Positions 1 to 10,391 of a stretch of 64,000 nucleotides of DNA are shown here, piece after piece (the stretch's first letter is position 1; each line of letters opens with the position of its first letter). This DNA is from a virus (lineage: Duplodnaviria; Caudoviricetes), in IMG/VR virus record IMGVR_UViG_3300025868_000002, positions 1-64,000 of that record, one strand, 5' to 3'. A model generated the notes under the pieces. That model saw nothing but the letters and a program-made list of their open reading frames with translations, was not told where the DNA came from and ran no database searches. Both the position numbers and the translations under genes were made by a program.

Positions 1-53
1 ACGTGATTGTTAAAAAATTAACAGGATTCATTAAAGGCACGAAAGGGATAGAT

Positions 54-830
54 ATGGAAACTTATGAAATAAAAAAAAAGTTAATGGAAGACTTTTCAAA
101 AGAAATTCCTGTTGATGCTGTTCAAATCAAAGATCAGGGGGCAAAAACTGAAGGTTATAAAATAGGCTATTTAATAGATATTCTGAATAAGACTACAGTT
201 GAAAATAGTTGTAGTTGGGATTGCAAACTTCTCCCTATAGAAGAAACAACAGACAAAAAAACATATTATACTGTATATAAAACAGAATTTTCGTACAAGG
301 GGTCTAGCAGAGAAAAAACGGTTGCTTTTATTCGTATGGCATTTAATATTTACGGGCCTGATGGCAACCCTATAATTTATCGGGAAAGTTTTGGCAGTTG
401 TCCCCTTGTTAATAATAATCTTGGTGACACACTAAAAGGGGCGCAAACTGATGCATTAAAGAAAATCATGAGTTATTTAGGCCTTGGCAATGCTGCGTTT
501 AGGGGTCAAATAGATAACCAAATGCTTTCTTATAGATATTGGAGGAATCAAGTTTTATCTCTTGTTGATAAGTATATTAAGTCAACAAATAAGGAACCAA
601 CGGATAGCCTAAGACTTAAGCTTATTGCAAAAATAACAAAGAAAGCATATTTAAAAATGGAAACTGTATCCTCTGAAGATTGGAAGTTAATAGAAATCAC
701 TATTAATAATTTTTTGAGCCCACCTAAAGAAGAGGAAAAACCGGAAACAGATGCCGAAACATCAGCGACTAAAAAACAAGCACAGGTAAAAAAGAATAGT
801 GCCAGGAAAGCATCCGAAGATGCGTCTTAA
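54..830 (+). CDS. Rad52/Rad22-family (Sak-like) ssDNA annealing protein
   Basis: Motif GDTLKGAQTDALKKIMSYLGLG matches the Rad52_Rad22 signature (GD..K.A.TDALK.A...LG.G). Likely start is ATG at 54 after GAAAGGGA; the ORF track extends to GTG at 3. Confidence 0.75.
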   Translation: METYEIKKKLMEDFSKEIPVDAVQIKDQGAKTEGYKIGYLIDILNKTTVENSCSWDCKLLPIEETTDKKTYYTVYKTEFSYKGSSREKTVAFIRMAFNIYGPDGNPIIYRESFGSCPLVNNNLGDTLKGAQTDALKKIMSYLGLGNAAFRGQIDNQMLSYRYWRNQVLSLVDKYIKSTNKEPTDSLRLKLIAKITKKAYLKMETVSSEDWKLIEITINNFLSPPKEEEKPETDAETSATKKQAQVKKNSARKASEDAS

Positions 831-1131
831 TCCGGAAACGGCAAGAATAAGGTTTAAATTAATTCAGTTAGGCTGGATAACACCTTCTGAGTATATTAGT
901 GGTTTGCTATCTTCCGTGGCAAAAAAATGTGGGAATGATAATATAAAACAAGCAATAGAATTAATTAAAAATGATGGCTATTATGTAAAAGAATTGAATG
1001 ATATTACTGCAAAAATAACAATATTATACCTCTCAAATGTGTGCTCAAATAAATCAAAATTCAACGTTGTTTCAAAAAATAATAGGGAATACTTGGACAA
1101 TATACTGAAGGATATATTAAGCAATGAATAA
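799..1131 (+). CDS. Hypothetical protein between annealase and helicase
   Basis: Overlaps both neighbours in typical coupled fashion; the start may be ATG at 820. No motif recognised. Confidence 0.65.
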   Translation: MPGKHPKMRLNPETARIRFKLIQLGWITPSEYISGLLSSVAKKCGNDNIKQAIELIKNDGYYVKELNDITAKITILYLSNVCSNKSKFNVVSKNNREYLDNILKDILSNE

Positions 1132-2497
1132 TTGTAATTTTGAGGCGGAAAGGGATATACTTTCAATTATTCTAAATGAGCCAAATACACTTTTAGAGCA
1201 CATGGATAAATTAAAACATAATTTGTTTTTTGACCCTTTTCACATAAAAATCTTTAATAATATGTTTGATCTTGCACTAAATGACAATCCTATAGAAATA
1301 TCTACAATATCAAATAATAAAGGGGAGCAGCAGAAACTTAGAGAAATAAAACTAAGAAATAAATCTTCTGATTTTTTTGGGGCTTTTTATAAAATATTAG
1401 AAGAATGCCTTATTGCAAGAAACCTTGAGAAAATACACAAAAAACTTGGGTCAAAATTAATAGCCGAAAATGATGAAGAATTACCATCAAAAGTACTTAA
1501 TGATATTAGGAAAGAAGTGTCCCTTATTGAGTCGTTAAAAACTGTTTCTGTGGTTAGGGCTTGTGATATTGTCCCGTCTGTTCTAGAAGAACATTTAGAA
1601 ACGTATGACTTAGTGAAATCAGGAAAGGAAGTATCACATGATAACGTAATAGTGACCCCATATAACGGGCTAAATAAGCTTTTAAAGAAGGGAGGGTTTA
1701 ACAATTGTAATTCCATTATATTAGCGGCTGCCCCATCGACGGGAAAGACAGAAATGGCATTAAATATTGGTGCTATGTCCGCTATAAACAATAATAAAAA
1801 TACATTCATTTATTCTCTTGAAATGGATAAAGAAAGTTTGATCGAAAGGTTACTTACATCTTTAGCTAAAATAGATAGCTATAAGCTTGACTTGGGGGTA
1901 TTAACAAATCAAGATGTTGAGCGGCTAAAAATGGCGGCTAATCAAATTAAGAATAGTCCTTTATTTTTTGATGACAATCTGTCTGGAGATATTTTTGATA
2001 TTATTGCGAGTATAAGAAAGACACATCAAAAATATGGTTTAGATTTTGTTATTATAGATTACCTTCAGTTAATAAATAATCCAGCAGAAAAAAGTAATCA
2101 GAATAACATGGTTGCCTCTGTATCACGAATATTAAAAAAAGAGGCGGTTAGCTTGGGGATACCAATACTTTTATTATCTCAGTTATCAAGGGCACATTTA
2201 AGGGAAGGTAGGGAACCCGCACTGCATGATTTAAGGGATAGTGGAGCTATTGAGCAAGATGCAGATATTGTTATCCTCCTTCATGCTTCTTCAAAAGAAA
2301 GAAAAAATAGTGAAAAAACAAAAACTAAATGCATGATAGCCAAACAAAGAAACGGAGCACTTGGTGACATATTCTTAATAAATAAAAAGCCAATACAAGT
2401 ATTTGAGGAAATATCACAAGTTGAATTTGAGAAGCAAGGAAACACAAAAGAAACAAAAGTAAAAAACAATAATGAAGATGATGATTTGCCTTTCTAG
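1124..2497 (+). CDS. dnaB: Replicative DNA helicase DnaB
   Basis: N-terminal EAERDILSIIL; Walker A AAPSTGKT; IIDYLQL, LLSQLSR, DLRDSGAIEQDAD, KQRNG motifs. Confidence 0.97.
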   Translation: MNNCNFEAERDILSIILNEPNTLLEHMDKLKHNLFFDPFHIKIFNNMFDLALNDNPIEISTISNNKGEQQKLREIKLRNKSSDFFGAFYKILEECLIARNLEKIHKKLGSKLIAENDEELPSKVLNDIRKEVSLIESLKTVSVVRACDIVPSVLEEHLETYDLVKSGKEVSHDNVIVTPYNGLNKLLKKGGFNNCNSIILAAAPSTGKTEMALNIGAMSAINNNKNTFIYSLEMDKESLIERLLTSLAKIDSYKLDLGVLTNQDVERLKMAANQIKNSPLFFDDNLSGDIFDIIASIRKTHQKYGLDFVIIDYLQLINNPAEKSNQNNMVASVSRILKKEAVSLGIPILLLSQLSRAHLREGREPALHDLRDSGAIEQDADIVILLHASSKERKNSEKTKTKCMIAKQRNGALGDIFLINKKPIQVFEEISQVEFEKQGNTKETKVKNNNEDDDLPF

Positions 2498-2509
2498 GGG
2501 GTACAATAT

Positions 2510-3184
2510 ATGAAATTCTGCTATGTTAATTATTATGAAGATGTGCAAGATATTGTTATGATGTCGAGCAAAAATAATGGGATTGCTTACCCGTCGGATA
2601 ATTTAAAATTTTATTTTAAAACTATTGAGAATTTGGGGTTCTTTATAGAAAGAAATTATGCCGAAAAGCATGTAGAATACAAACAAATAATTCCTTGCTT
2701 TATTATAAGTGACCCTAAAAATAAAACATTTTTGCTATATCAAAGAAGACAAAAGCACACAGAATCACGGTTAGCAGGAATGTGGACACCAGTTTTTGGC
2801 GGTCATATTGACCCAAATGATTCTTCATTATTGTCAAATACCTTATTAAAGGATATTCCTGTACAGTGTGAAGCTGCTTTATTAAGGGAAGCTAGGGAAG
2901 AAACTGGGTTAGATTTGTTTAAGGTTGACAAAATTAACTTTGGTGGCTTTATTTATGATCAGCATAATGATGTGGGTAGAGTTCATTTAGGTGTGCTATT
3001 TGAGGTTCAAACAACTATAACCGAAAAATTAATTAATCAAATAAAAAGCCTTCCAGAAATTAATGAAGTTACCCCTATTGAATTCTCTAATATTCGGGAT
3101 ATGCTGGAATCAGATAGAGATCTAGAAGGGTGGGCAATTATAGCATTAAAAGATTTAGATGACCCATTAAGAAAGTTCATATAA
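2510..3184 (+). CDS. Nudix hydrolase (YmaB/COG4112-like)
   Basis: YKQIIP, ESRL, FGGHID and Nudix box ALLREAREETG. Confidence 0.85.
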   Translation: MKFCYVNYYEDVQDIVMMSSKNNGIAYPSDNLKFYFKTIENLGFFIERNYAEKHVEYKQIIPCFIISDPKNKTFLLYQRRQKHTESRLAGMWTPVFGGHIDPNDSSLLSNTLLKDIPVQCEAALLREAREETGLDLFKVDKINFGGFIYDQHNDVGRVHLGVLFEVQTTITEKLINQIKSLPEINEVTPIEFSNIRDMLESDRDLEGWAIIALKDLDDPLRKFI

Positions 3185-3546
3185 TGGCTGTTTGGAAAGA
3201 TTTTGAACGTGAATTAGCAAAATGGTTTTCGTCAAAAAGAAACATTGGAAGCGGTAAGATAAACAGTACAGATAGTGGAAAACCACGTCCTGGTGATGTT
3301 ATTATGCCAGTTAAGTATAAAACATTGATAGAAGCTAAGACAAGGAAAAAATTTCCTAAATCTGGAATTTACCATCGTGCCCTGCAAACACTAGAAGACG
3401 CAAAAGCAGAAAATATGCAAAATTTTTTTCACTATGAGCGAAAAAATGGGAGCAAACAAATATATATTCTTGCAACAAATCAAGAATGGATGAAAAAAAT
3501 AACAAATTTTATAAGAAAAGAATTAGATAAAGAATACGAGGAGTAG
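3184..3546 (+). CDS. PD-(D/E)xK nuclease, Holliday-junction-resolvase-like
   Basis: FERELAK...SG...PGDV...LIEAKT pattern of Hjc-type resolvases. Confidence 0.7.
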   Translation: MAVWKDFERELAKWFSSKRNIGSGKINSTDSGKPRPGDVIMPVKYKTLIEAKTRKKFPKSGIYHRALQTLEDAKAENMQNFFHYERKNGSKQIYILATNQEWMKKITNFIRKELDKEYEE

Positions 3547-3549
3547 CCT

Positions 3550-5463
3550 ATGGAAATATCTTCACAAATCCTCTCTGATATGATTGTATATATGAAATAT
3601 GCACGCTATCTGCCTGAAAAGAATAGGAGGGAGATATGGGCAGAAATTATATCACGTAATAAGGATATGCACTTAAAAAAATTTCCTTTTTTAAAGGATG
3701 AAATAGAGGAAGCATATACTTTTGTTTATAATAAAGAGGTTCTTCCATCAATGCGTAGTTTGCAGTTTGGTGGTAAACCAATAATATTAAACCCGGCAAG
3801 AATAAATAACTGCTCTTATCTTCCTATTGATTCTTGGGAGGCATTTCATGAAACAATATTCTTGCTGTTAGGGGGTAGTGGTGTTGGCTATTCTGTACAG
3901 CCACATCATGTGGCACAATTACCCAGTATTAAACAGGAAACTAAAAAGAGATCCAGACGATATTTAGTGGGTGACTCAATTTGTGGGTGGTCAGACGCCA
4001 TAAAGGTTTTAATGAAGTCTTATTTTTTTGGTGGTGCACAAATTAATTTTGATTTTTCTGATATACGAAACAAAGGGGATCACCTTATAACGAGTGGTGG
4101 AAAAGCCCCAGGTCCACAGCCGTTAAAAGAATGTATTGTTAAAGTTACGGGTATACTAGAAGAAGCTAAAGTAACTACGGGGAGATTGTCACCGATACAA
4201 TGTCATGATATTTTATGCCATTTAGCAGATGCTGTTTTATCCGGCGGAATAAGGAGAGCTGCTTTAATTTCTTTCTTTTCTATCAATGATGAAGAAATGC
4301 TATCGGCAAAAACAGGTAATTGGTGGGAATTAAATCCGCAGAGGGGTAGAGCAAACAATTCTGTTGTTTTAGTTAGGTCAAGAATTAAGAAAGAAGATTT
4401 TGTTAAAGTTTTTACTTACGCGCAAAATGCTGGGTCTGGCGAACCGGGGATATATTTTACTAATGATAAAGATGTGCTGTCAAATCCATGTGGGGAAATT
4501 TCTCTTAAACCATATTCATTTTGTAATCTTACTGAAATTAATGCTTCAACAATAAGGTCACAGGAAGATCTAAATAAAAGGGCAAAAGCAGCATCCTTTA
4601 TAGGGACACTTCAAGCGTCATATACAGATTTTCATTATCTAAGAAGTATTTGGAAAGAAAGAACTGAAAAAGATGCACTTATTGGAGTATCTTTTACAGG
4701 GATAGCCTCAAATAAATTGGAGAAATTAGATTTAAAGGAGGCAGCTAAAGTAGTCCTTGATGAGAACGCACGGGTAGCAGACCTTATTGGCATAAATCAT
4801 GCAAAGAGAACTACTACAGTAAAGCCAGCCGGGACATCAAGCATTGTTCTTGGGTCATCCTCTGGGATACATGATTGGTTTGCTAAATATTATATACGCA
4901 GAATACGTCTTAATAAAGAGGAAGCAGTTTATAGGTATCTATTAAAGAATAACCCTGAGCTTATTGAGGACGATTATTTTAGCCCGCATACAACAGCAAT
5001 ACTATCAGTTCCGCAGAAAGCCCCAACGGGGGCAATAATAAGACAGGATGAGAATGCACAAAATATTTCGGGATTAATCTCTCTTTTGGAACGAATATCT
5101 AAATATTATAATGAATGGGTAACTCCTGGGCATCGTAGCGGGCCAAATATCAATAATGTGTCTGCAACAGTAACCATTCGTGACCCTTTTCTATGCGATG
5201 AAACCAGTGAAGTAATTGATGAATGGGAAATAGTTAGGGAATGGTTGTGGAAAAATAGAAAAAATTTTAATGGGATAAGTGTTTTGCCATATAATGGTGG
5301 AACTTATAGGCAACAGCCTTTTGAAGCCTGCTCTGAATATATGTACAATAAGCTGATGAAATCATTGACAGAAGTGGACTTTAAAAAGATAAAGGAAAGT
5401 GAAGATAATACAGTAAGACAAGGTGAGATTGCGTGCAGCGGTGGGCAATGTGAAATAATTTAA
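3550..5463 (+). CDS. nrdJ: Class II (adenosylcobalamin-dependent) ribonucleotide reductase
   Basis: LPSMRSLQ, NNCSY, GGIRRAA, NPCGEI, CNLTEIN, TVKPAGT, C-terminal CSGGQCE; no beta-subunit gene nearby. Confidence 0.93.
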   Translation: MEISSQILSDMIVYMKYARYLPEKNRREIWAEIISRNKDMHLKKFPFLKDEIEEAYTFVYNKEVLPSMRSLQFGGKPIILNPARINNCSYLPIDSWEAFHETIFLLLGGSGVGYSVQPHHVAQLPSIKQETKKRSRRYLVGDSICGWSDAIKVLMKSYFFGGAQINFDFSDIRNKGDHLITSGGKAPGPQPLKECIVKVTGILEEAKVTTGRLSPIQCHDILCHLADAVLSGGIRRAALISFFSINDEEMLSAKTGNWWELNPQRGRANNSVVLVRSRIKKEDFVKVFTYAQNAGSGEPGIYFTNDKDVLSNPCGEISLKPYSFCNLTEINASTIRSQEDLNKRAKAASFIGTLQASYTDFHYLRSIWKERTEKDALIGVSFTGIASNKLEKLDLKEAAKVVLDENARVADLIGINHAKRTTTVKPAGTSSIVLGSSSGIHDWFAKYYIRRIRLNKEEAVYRYLLKNNPELIEDDYFSPHTTAILSVPQKAPTGAIIRQDENAQNISGLISLLERISKYYNEWVTPGHRSGPNINNVSATVTIRDPFLCDETSEVIDEWEIVREWLWKNRKNFNGISVLPYNGGTYRQQPFEACSEYMYNKLMKSLTEVDFKKIKESEDNTVRQGEIACSGGQCEII

Positions 5464-5472
5464 GGGATCGGT

Positions 5473-6552
5473 ATGTGTAGCTTAGACAAAGTAGCAATAA
5501 TCTATAACGAAATACTTCAAGAAGACACACAAATCTTGGAGTACTTATATTCTAGGGGGTTGCTATTAAAAACAATAAATTATTTTACATTAGGTGCGGC
5601 AGGTAATTTAAAGAAGCTACAGAAGAAACTGTATGAAAACAATCTAGACGGTGAAGAATTAAATATAATAAAAAACAATAAAGAATACTTTTTTTGTGGT
5701 GCAACTATACCATTGGTTAATATGGGAAACCAAACTGTAAATATTTCAGCCAGAACATTGTTTGCAAAAGCAAAGTATATTAATTTGCCTAAAATTCCTA
5801 TAAGTACACTATTTGCCGCAGATAAGATACAAAATCGTTATGCCTATAGGCCAGTGTTACACTCAAATGATTATGCATTTATATGTGAAGGACAATTTGA
5901 CACAATTATAATGCACCAGAGGGGGCTGTTTACATTAGGGATTTTGGGTGTTAATAACATAACATTGGATATGATTTATCAATTAAATTTGTTTGATCAT
6001 ATTATTTTATTGCTTGATAATGATTCTCCTGGAGAAAAAGCAACAAAAGTATTAGGCGGTTACATAAGACATTATTGCCCAGATGTACACCTATACAAAG
6101 CCAAATTACCAAACAGGTATAATGATATAACCGACTACTTTAAAAATGGTGGGCAAGTAAAAGATATTATAAAATCAATTGAAAAATACTGCCCCCCAAA
6201 AAACCAAATGAGAAAGAAAAAAGTAATACAAAAAGAAGCTACAAGGTGTAAGTTTATTGAATCCCTTACAAATGATATAAGCATATATGATTACTTAAAG
6301 TATACTTTCCCAAATATGGAATTCGTTGAACACGAGAATAGGGTTAAATTAAAGTGCCCACTACCTAACCATAATGATACTGTAGGATCTTTTACGATCT
6401 ACCTGGATTCAAATACATATTATTGTTTTGGTTGTGGCAGTAGCAGAACACTAACAGATTTAGTAAAAGGGATGAATGATTACAAGGGTGATGAGGCAGT
6501 AGCAACAATACTGAAATGGAGATCAATACATGAAGGTTCTTCAGCTATCTAG
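5473..6552 (+). CDS. dnaG: DnaG-type primase with the CHC2 zinc-binding domain at the C-terminus
   Basis: YLYSRGL core start, TOPRIM motifs ICEGQFD, LLDNDSPG, NDITDY; then CPLPNHNDTVGSF...YYCFGCG at the end. Confidence 0.85.
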   Translation: MCSLDKVAIIYNEILQEDTQILEYLYSRGLLLKTINYFTLGAAGNLKKLQKKLYENNLDGEELNIIKNNKEYFFCGATIPLVNMGNQTVNISARTLFAKAKYINLPKIPISTLFAADKIQNRYAYRPVLHSNDYAFICEGQFDTIIMHQRGLFTLGILGVNNITLDMIYQLNLFDHIILLLDNDSPGEKATKVLGGYIRHYCPDVHLYKAKLPNRYNDITDYFKNGGQVKDIIKSIEKYCPPKNQMRKKKVIQKEATRCKFIESLTNDISIYDYLKYTFPNMEFVEHENRVKLKCPLPNHNDTVGSFTIYLDSNTYYCFGCGSSRTLTDLVKGMNDYKGDEAVATILKWRSIHEGSSAI

Positions 6553-7759
6553 AAATATTGACATGGGGGAGTTGCATATGAAACGATACGTTCCGTATGT
6601 GATGGCAGACCCTATAGCACAAAGCATTGCACATCAGCATAAATCGTGTGTGCAAAAATATGAAATATTTGAAAAATATTACAAGCCATATATAGGGCAA
6701 AATTTAGATAACAAATCAATAGCTATTTGGAGAACAGGCGGTTTTGGGGATCTCCTATTTATAACTCCTATAGTAGAATATCTAAAAACAAAGTATCCTA
6801 CATGTAAGATTTCTGTTGCTACCAGCAACCGCTTTATAGATGTGTGGAAGAATAACCCCAACATAGACAAGTATACAAATAGCTTTTCTTTGCCAGTCAG
6901 TTTAAATTTTGTTTTAAAACATGATTATGCTGGAATTTTTGAGGGGACTATTGAAAGCTTTAAAACTAAAAGTCAATATTGCTCTATTGATGTTTTTGCG
7001 TTTACTCTTGGTATATATGATATGCCAACTGAGTTTAAAAGACCAAGATATTATATAACAGATTTAGAAATAAATTCGGCTAAGAATAGAGTAAGATCAG
7101 AAACAGGTCTTAATATATTTAGAGAACCATATATATGTTTTCAATGGAAAAGCTCAAGTAAACTAAGAGACTATCCTTATGACAAAATGATAAAGGTAAT
7201 GTATACCTTACAGCAAGAAACAGGGTACAAAATTGCTATACTTACACACCCAAATTATAAACATTTGATTGATCACGAAATATCATTAGCAAATAAATTT
7301 AGTTTCCCAAGGAATAAACCATTAAAATATGTTAACTTAGCCGGGGTAACTACATATAGGGAATCTGCTGCTGTATTAGCGTTATCACCTGGGTTAATTG
7401 GAATTGATTCTTCATTAGCGCATTTAGCGGCAGCATTAGCTGTACCGAGTGTTACTATTTATGGGCCGTTTAGCGCAGAATGGAGAACTATTTATAACCA
7501 AAATAACATAAGCCTACAGAACCAATCTGTTTGCCCAAATGCACCGTGTGCGTATCACACACCGCCAAATACTCAAGATGGCTTGCCGTATCATTTATGT
7601 ACGAATAATGGTGAATTCCCACAATATGGCAAGGATATATTTTGTAGAGTAATGGGGAGTATATCTGTTGAACAAATATGTGAATCTTTCATGAAACTAT
7701 TAGATTTAGAGAAACGAAATGAGCTGCCGGTTGAAAGGATGTTTAAATGCAACCTATAG
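6530..7759 (+). CDS. Glycosyltransferase family 9 (heptosyltransferase-like, GT-B)
   Basis: RTGGFGDLLFITP, IGIDSSLAHLAAAL, SVTIYGP..AEWR, Cys-rich C-terminus. Confidence 0.85.
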   Translation: MKVLQLSRNIDMGELHMKRYVPYVMADPIAQSIAHQHKSCVQKYEIFEKYYKPYIGQNLDNKSIAIWRTGGFGDLLFITPIVEYLKTKYPTCKISVATSNRFIDVWKNNPNIDKYTNSFSLPVSLNFVLKHDYAGIFEGTIESFKTKSQYCSIDVFAFTLGIYDMPTEFKRPRYYITDLEINSAKNRVRSETGLNIFREPYICFQWKSSSKLRDYPYDKMIKVMYTLQQETGYKIAILTHPNYKHLIDHEISLANKFSFPRNKPLKYVNLAGVTTYRESAAVLALSPGLIGIDSSLAHLAAALAVPSVTIYGPFSAEWRTIYNQNNISLQNQSVCPNAPCAYHTPPNTQDGLPYHLCTNNGEFPQYGKDIFCRVMGSISVEQICESFMKLLDLEKRNELPVERMFKCNL

Positions 7760-8868
7760 ATATTAGCCCTATTAAAAAAGTTGCCTTCGGGATACTTTGC
7801 GGCGAAGACAAAAAAACAGATGTTCTTGATACTTGTCTTTCGCGTATCAATAAGCTTAATTTACAAAATACTGATATAAGTGAAATAGAAGTTCATCCAA
7901 TACAGGTTGGGTATAAAGCGCTTCATATAAGAAGTGAAAAGTTTAAAAAAGAATATGAAACTAAATACCCAAATATAAGTATTAAATTAGTGCACACAAA
8001 TACTGTTAATAGCACAGAACCAAGGGCATACAATTATGCGTTGCACTCTATGATTATGTCCGGCGCAGATTATTTAATATTGATGCATGAAGATGACTTT
8101 ATCTTAACACAAAATTTTTTGGAATACCATATGTGGTTAAGAAATCATGCGCATGACCCGAGTTTAATTGGGGCGACAACATTTTCAACTCACCCATTGT
8201 TTAGCGCCAATAAACCGCCAACGTTAACAAAAATGTGGTATGCTGATGATGTCTTAGTAAGGGGAACATGCTTAAGTAGGGAAGCTGTTTTAGATACGGG
8301 TCCGTTTGACGAATCGCTTATGTATAGAACATTTGAATATGACTTTTTCAGCAGGATGATTCATCACGCAGGGTTGCTTACCAGGGTAGGTAAAGAAAAA
8401 AATACGGCATTCGAATTAGGAAAAAGGGATCTGACAAGGAACCACAATATTTTATCATACACACAAAAGCAGAGCAAAATATGGCTGGCCAACAAATGGA
8501 ATAATAGGGGATACTGGAAAATAAGAAGCTCAAAAAAATTAATGAACTATGACGCAAAAATAAGAGTTAACACATTTAGGGATAGTAGTAATATTTGTTG
8601 GGGGAGTAAATTCATAGATATGTTTGTCTCAACAGAAGAAAAAAAGAAAAAACTTGGGGATAGATTTTCAAAATTATACGGTGATAGATCAATAGAAAGG
8701 TCAGTAAAAATATCTGAGGCTTTCCTTAAAAAGCCATTTGGTGATTTTTCTATCTTTTCGGAGATACGAAATACCCCATTAATACAAAATGATATGGATA
8801 TATTAACACATGTGGACTGCAACATAGAATACCCAGATTTACTTTGGGACGCGAAAGGTAAAAAATAA
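7747..8868 (+). CDS. GT-A/GT2-like glycosyltransferase
   Basis: RAYNYAL...DYLILMHEDD and REAVLDTGPFDE...EYDFFSR resemble GT2 motifs. Confidence 0.65.
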   Translation: MQPIDISPIKKVAFGILCGEDKKTDVLDTCLSRINKLNLQNTDISEIEVHPIQVGYKALHIRSEKFKKEYETKYPNISIKLVHTNTVNSTEPRAYNYALHSMIMSGADYLILMHEDDFILTQNFLEYHMWLRNHAHDPSLIGATTFSTHPLFSANKPPTLTKMWYADDVLVRGTCLSREAVLDTGPFDESLMYRTFEYDFFSRMIHHAGLLTRVGKEKNTAFELGKRDLTRNHNILSYTQKQSKIWLANKWNNRGYWKIRSSKKLMNYDAKIRVNTFRDSSNICWGSKFIDMFVSTEEKKKKLGDRFSKLYGDRSIERSVKISEAFLKKPFGDFSIFSEIRNTPLIQNDMDILTHVDCNIEYPDLLWDAKGKK

Positions 8869-9635
8869 TGTTTTCTAATATAAGGAATTTTGTAAGAAAT
8901 GCTTCATTTCTTATAGTAATTATTGGTTTCATTTTTTATGGTACTCAATGTTATTATAAAAATAAACTATCAGATATAGCAGTGCAATTAAATAATGAAA
9001 AAGCAAAAACAGAAAAAATAGAAACTAAATATAATGAAAAAATTGGTAAATATACAACTAAACTTGCCTATTTAGAATCAAATCTAAAGGAATCTGGGTA
9101 TGTAACCGATAAGCAAAAAAATACTATAAAAATATTAGAAAAAGAATTAAATGCAAAAATAAATGAAGTAAGTATATTGGGCATCCAAATTGATTCCTTG
9201 CAAAATTCAGGACAGGCACAAATTATTGTCACACAAAAGGATACCATAAGATATACCATAAGTGAAAAAAAGAATGGGGTAGGGTTATACTTAACATTGT
9301 GGCACCCACAAGGTACCTATTCCTATACAATAAAGCATGACCCCCTGACTATGGAACTATATATGGCAAAAGATAAAAGTACAGGGTTTAAAGTTGGTTC
9401 CGTAATATTTCCTAATAATGATAACATAAAAGTATCTCGTTGGGACATACTGTATGATCCGGATACAAGAGCTTGGTATCAGAAATTTCTGGACGATATA
9501 AAAGTAAAGGGAGGTATTCTTTTAGGAGATTATAATGGTGTTTATATGTCGGTAGGTTACAAAAAGATTAGCCTTGGTCAAGCATTTATTGAATCAGGAA
9601 AATCTTATATACTAAGCTATGAAATAAAGGATTAA
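8868..9635 (+). CDS. Membrane-anchored coiled-coil protein (i-spanin-like)
   Basis: One N-terminal TM helix (FLIVIIGFIFYG) followed by a long Lys/Glu coiled coil. Confidence 0.5.
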   Translation: MFSNIRNFVRNASFLIVIIGFIFYGTQCYYKNKLSDIAVQLNNEKAKTEKIETKYNEKIGKYTTKLAYLESNLKESGYVTDKQKNTIKILEKELNAKINEVSILGIQIDSLQNSGQAQIIVTQKDTIRYTISEKKNGVGLYLTLWHPQGTYSYTIKHDPLTMELYMAKDKSTGFKVGSVIFPNNDNIKVSRWDILYDPDTRAWYQKFLDDIKVKGGILLGDYNGVYMSVGYKKISLGQAFIESGKSYILSYEIKD

Positions 9636-9637
9636 TA

Positions 9638-10306
9638 GTGATGAAAGTGTTAGGGAATGGTTATGTAGAATTGCTAGAAAGCATGGGTGATGACCTAGCT
9701 ATAGTTAACGCAGCGAGAAAATCATTTGATACAGAATCAAAGGAATTTAGTGATAAAGACAGAAAGCTTCTTAGATATATGTGGGATAACAAACATACCT
9801 CACCATTTGAAATGGTCGAATTTAAATTTGCTGTTAAAGCCCCTTTGTTTGTCGTTCGGCAATGGCAAAGGCATAGAACATGGTCATATAATGAAGTAAG
9901 CAGGAGATACACAAGCAATAATTTAGACTTTCATATACCGGCAGAGCTTAGATTCCAATCAAAAGAAAATAAACAAGCATCATCTTGTGAAACTTTAAGT
10001 AAAAACAAAAATAATGATCTTAATAAGCTAATTAGAAAGCATATTAGAAATTCCATTACCATTTATAATAAAATGATTGATGAAGGTGTATGCAGGGAAC
10101 AGGCGCGTATGGTATTGCCGCAGAATATGATGGTTGAAATGGTGGCAAAAGTTGACTTAAGTAACTTAATAAAATTTTTAAAGTTACGTAATCACCCACA
10201 TGCACAGCTAGAAATACAGGAATATGCAAGAGAAATAGAAAACATTATAACACAAATAGTCCCCGAAACAATGAAATTGTATTATAAATCTAATGCAAAA
10301 AAATAA
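9638..10306 (+). CDS. thyX: Flavin-dependent thymidylate synthase
   Basis: HTSPFE, RQWQRHRTWSYNEVSRRY (RHRX7S), REQARMVLP, HAQLEI. Confidence 0.96.
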   Translation: MMKVLGNGYVELLESMGDDLAIVNAARKSFDTESKEFSDKDRKLLRYMWDNKHTSPFEMVEFKFAVKAPLFVVRQWQRHRTWSYNEVSRRYTSNNLDFHIPAELRFQSKENKQASSCETLSKNKNNDLNKLIRKHIRNSITIYNKMIDEGVCREQARMVLPQNMMVEMVAKVDLSNLIKFLKLRNHPHAQLEIQEYAREIENIITQIVPETMKLYYKSNAKK

Positions 10307-10333
10307 GTTTTGTAATATAAAATAAAAAAAAAA

Positions 10334-10375
10334 TTTGGGCTTGTCTTTCGTGACGTGAAGATGCCGCACGCAAAA
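10334..10375. other. GC-rich structured element between thyX and guaC (5'-UTR element or minus-strand terminator)
   Basis: GGC(TT)GTCTTT-CGTGACGT-GAAGATGCC can pair; flanked on the left by A10 at 10324-10333 (a T10 tract on the minus strand). Confidence 0.4.
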
Positions 10376-10391
10376 ACACTAGGAGATTTTT

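Noticed and set aside
4787-4803. TTGGCAT-AAATC-ATGCA inside nrdJ
   Set aside because: Imperfect -12 box, intragenic and far from any gene start.
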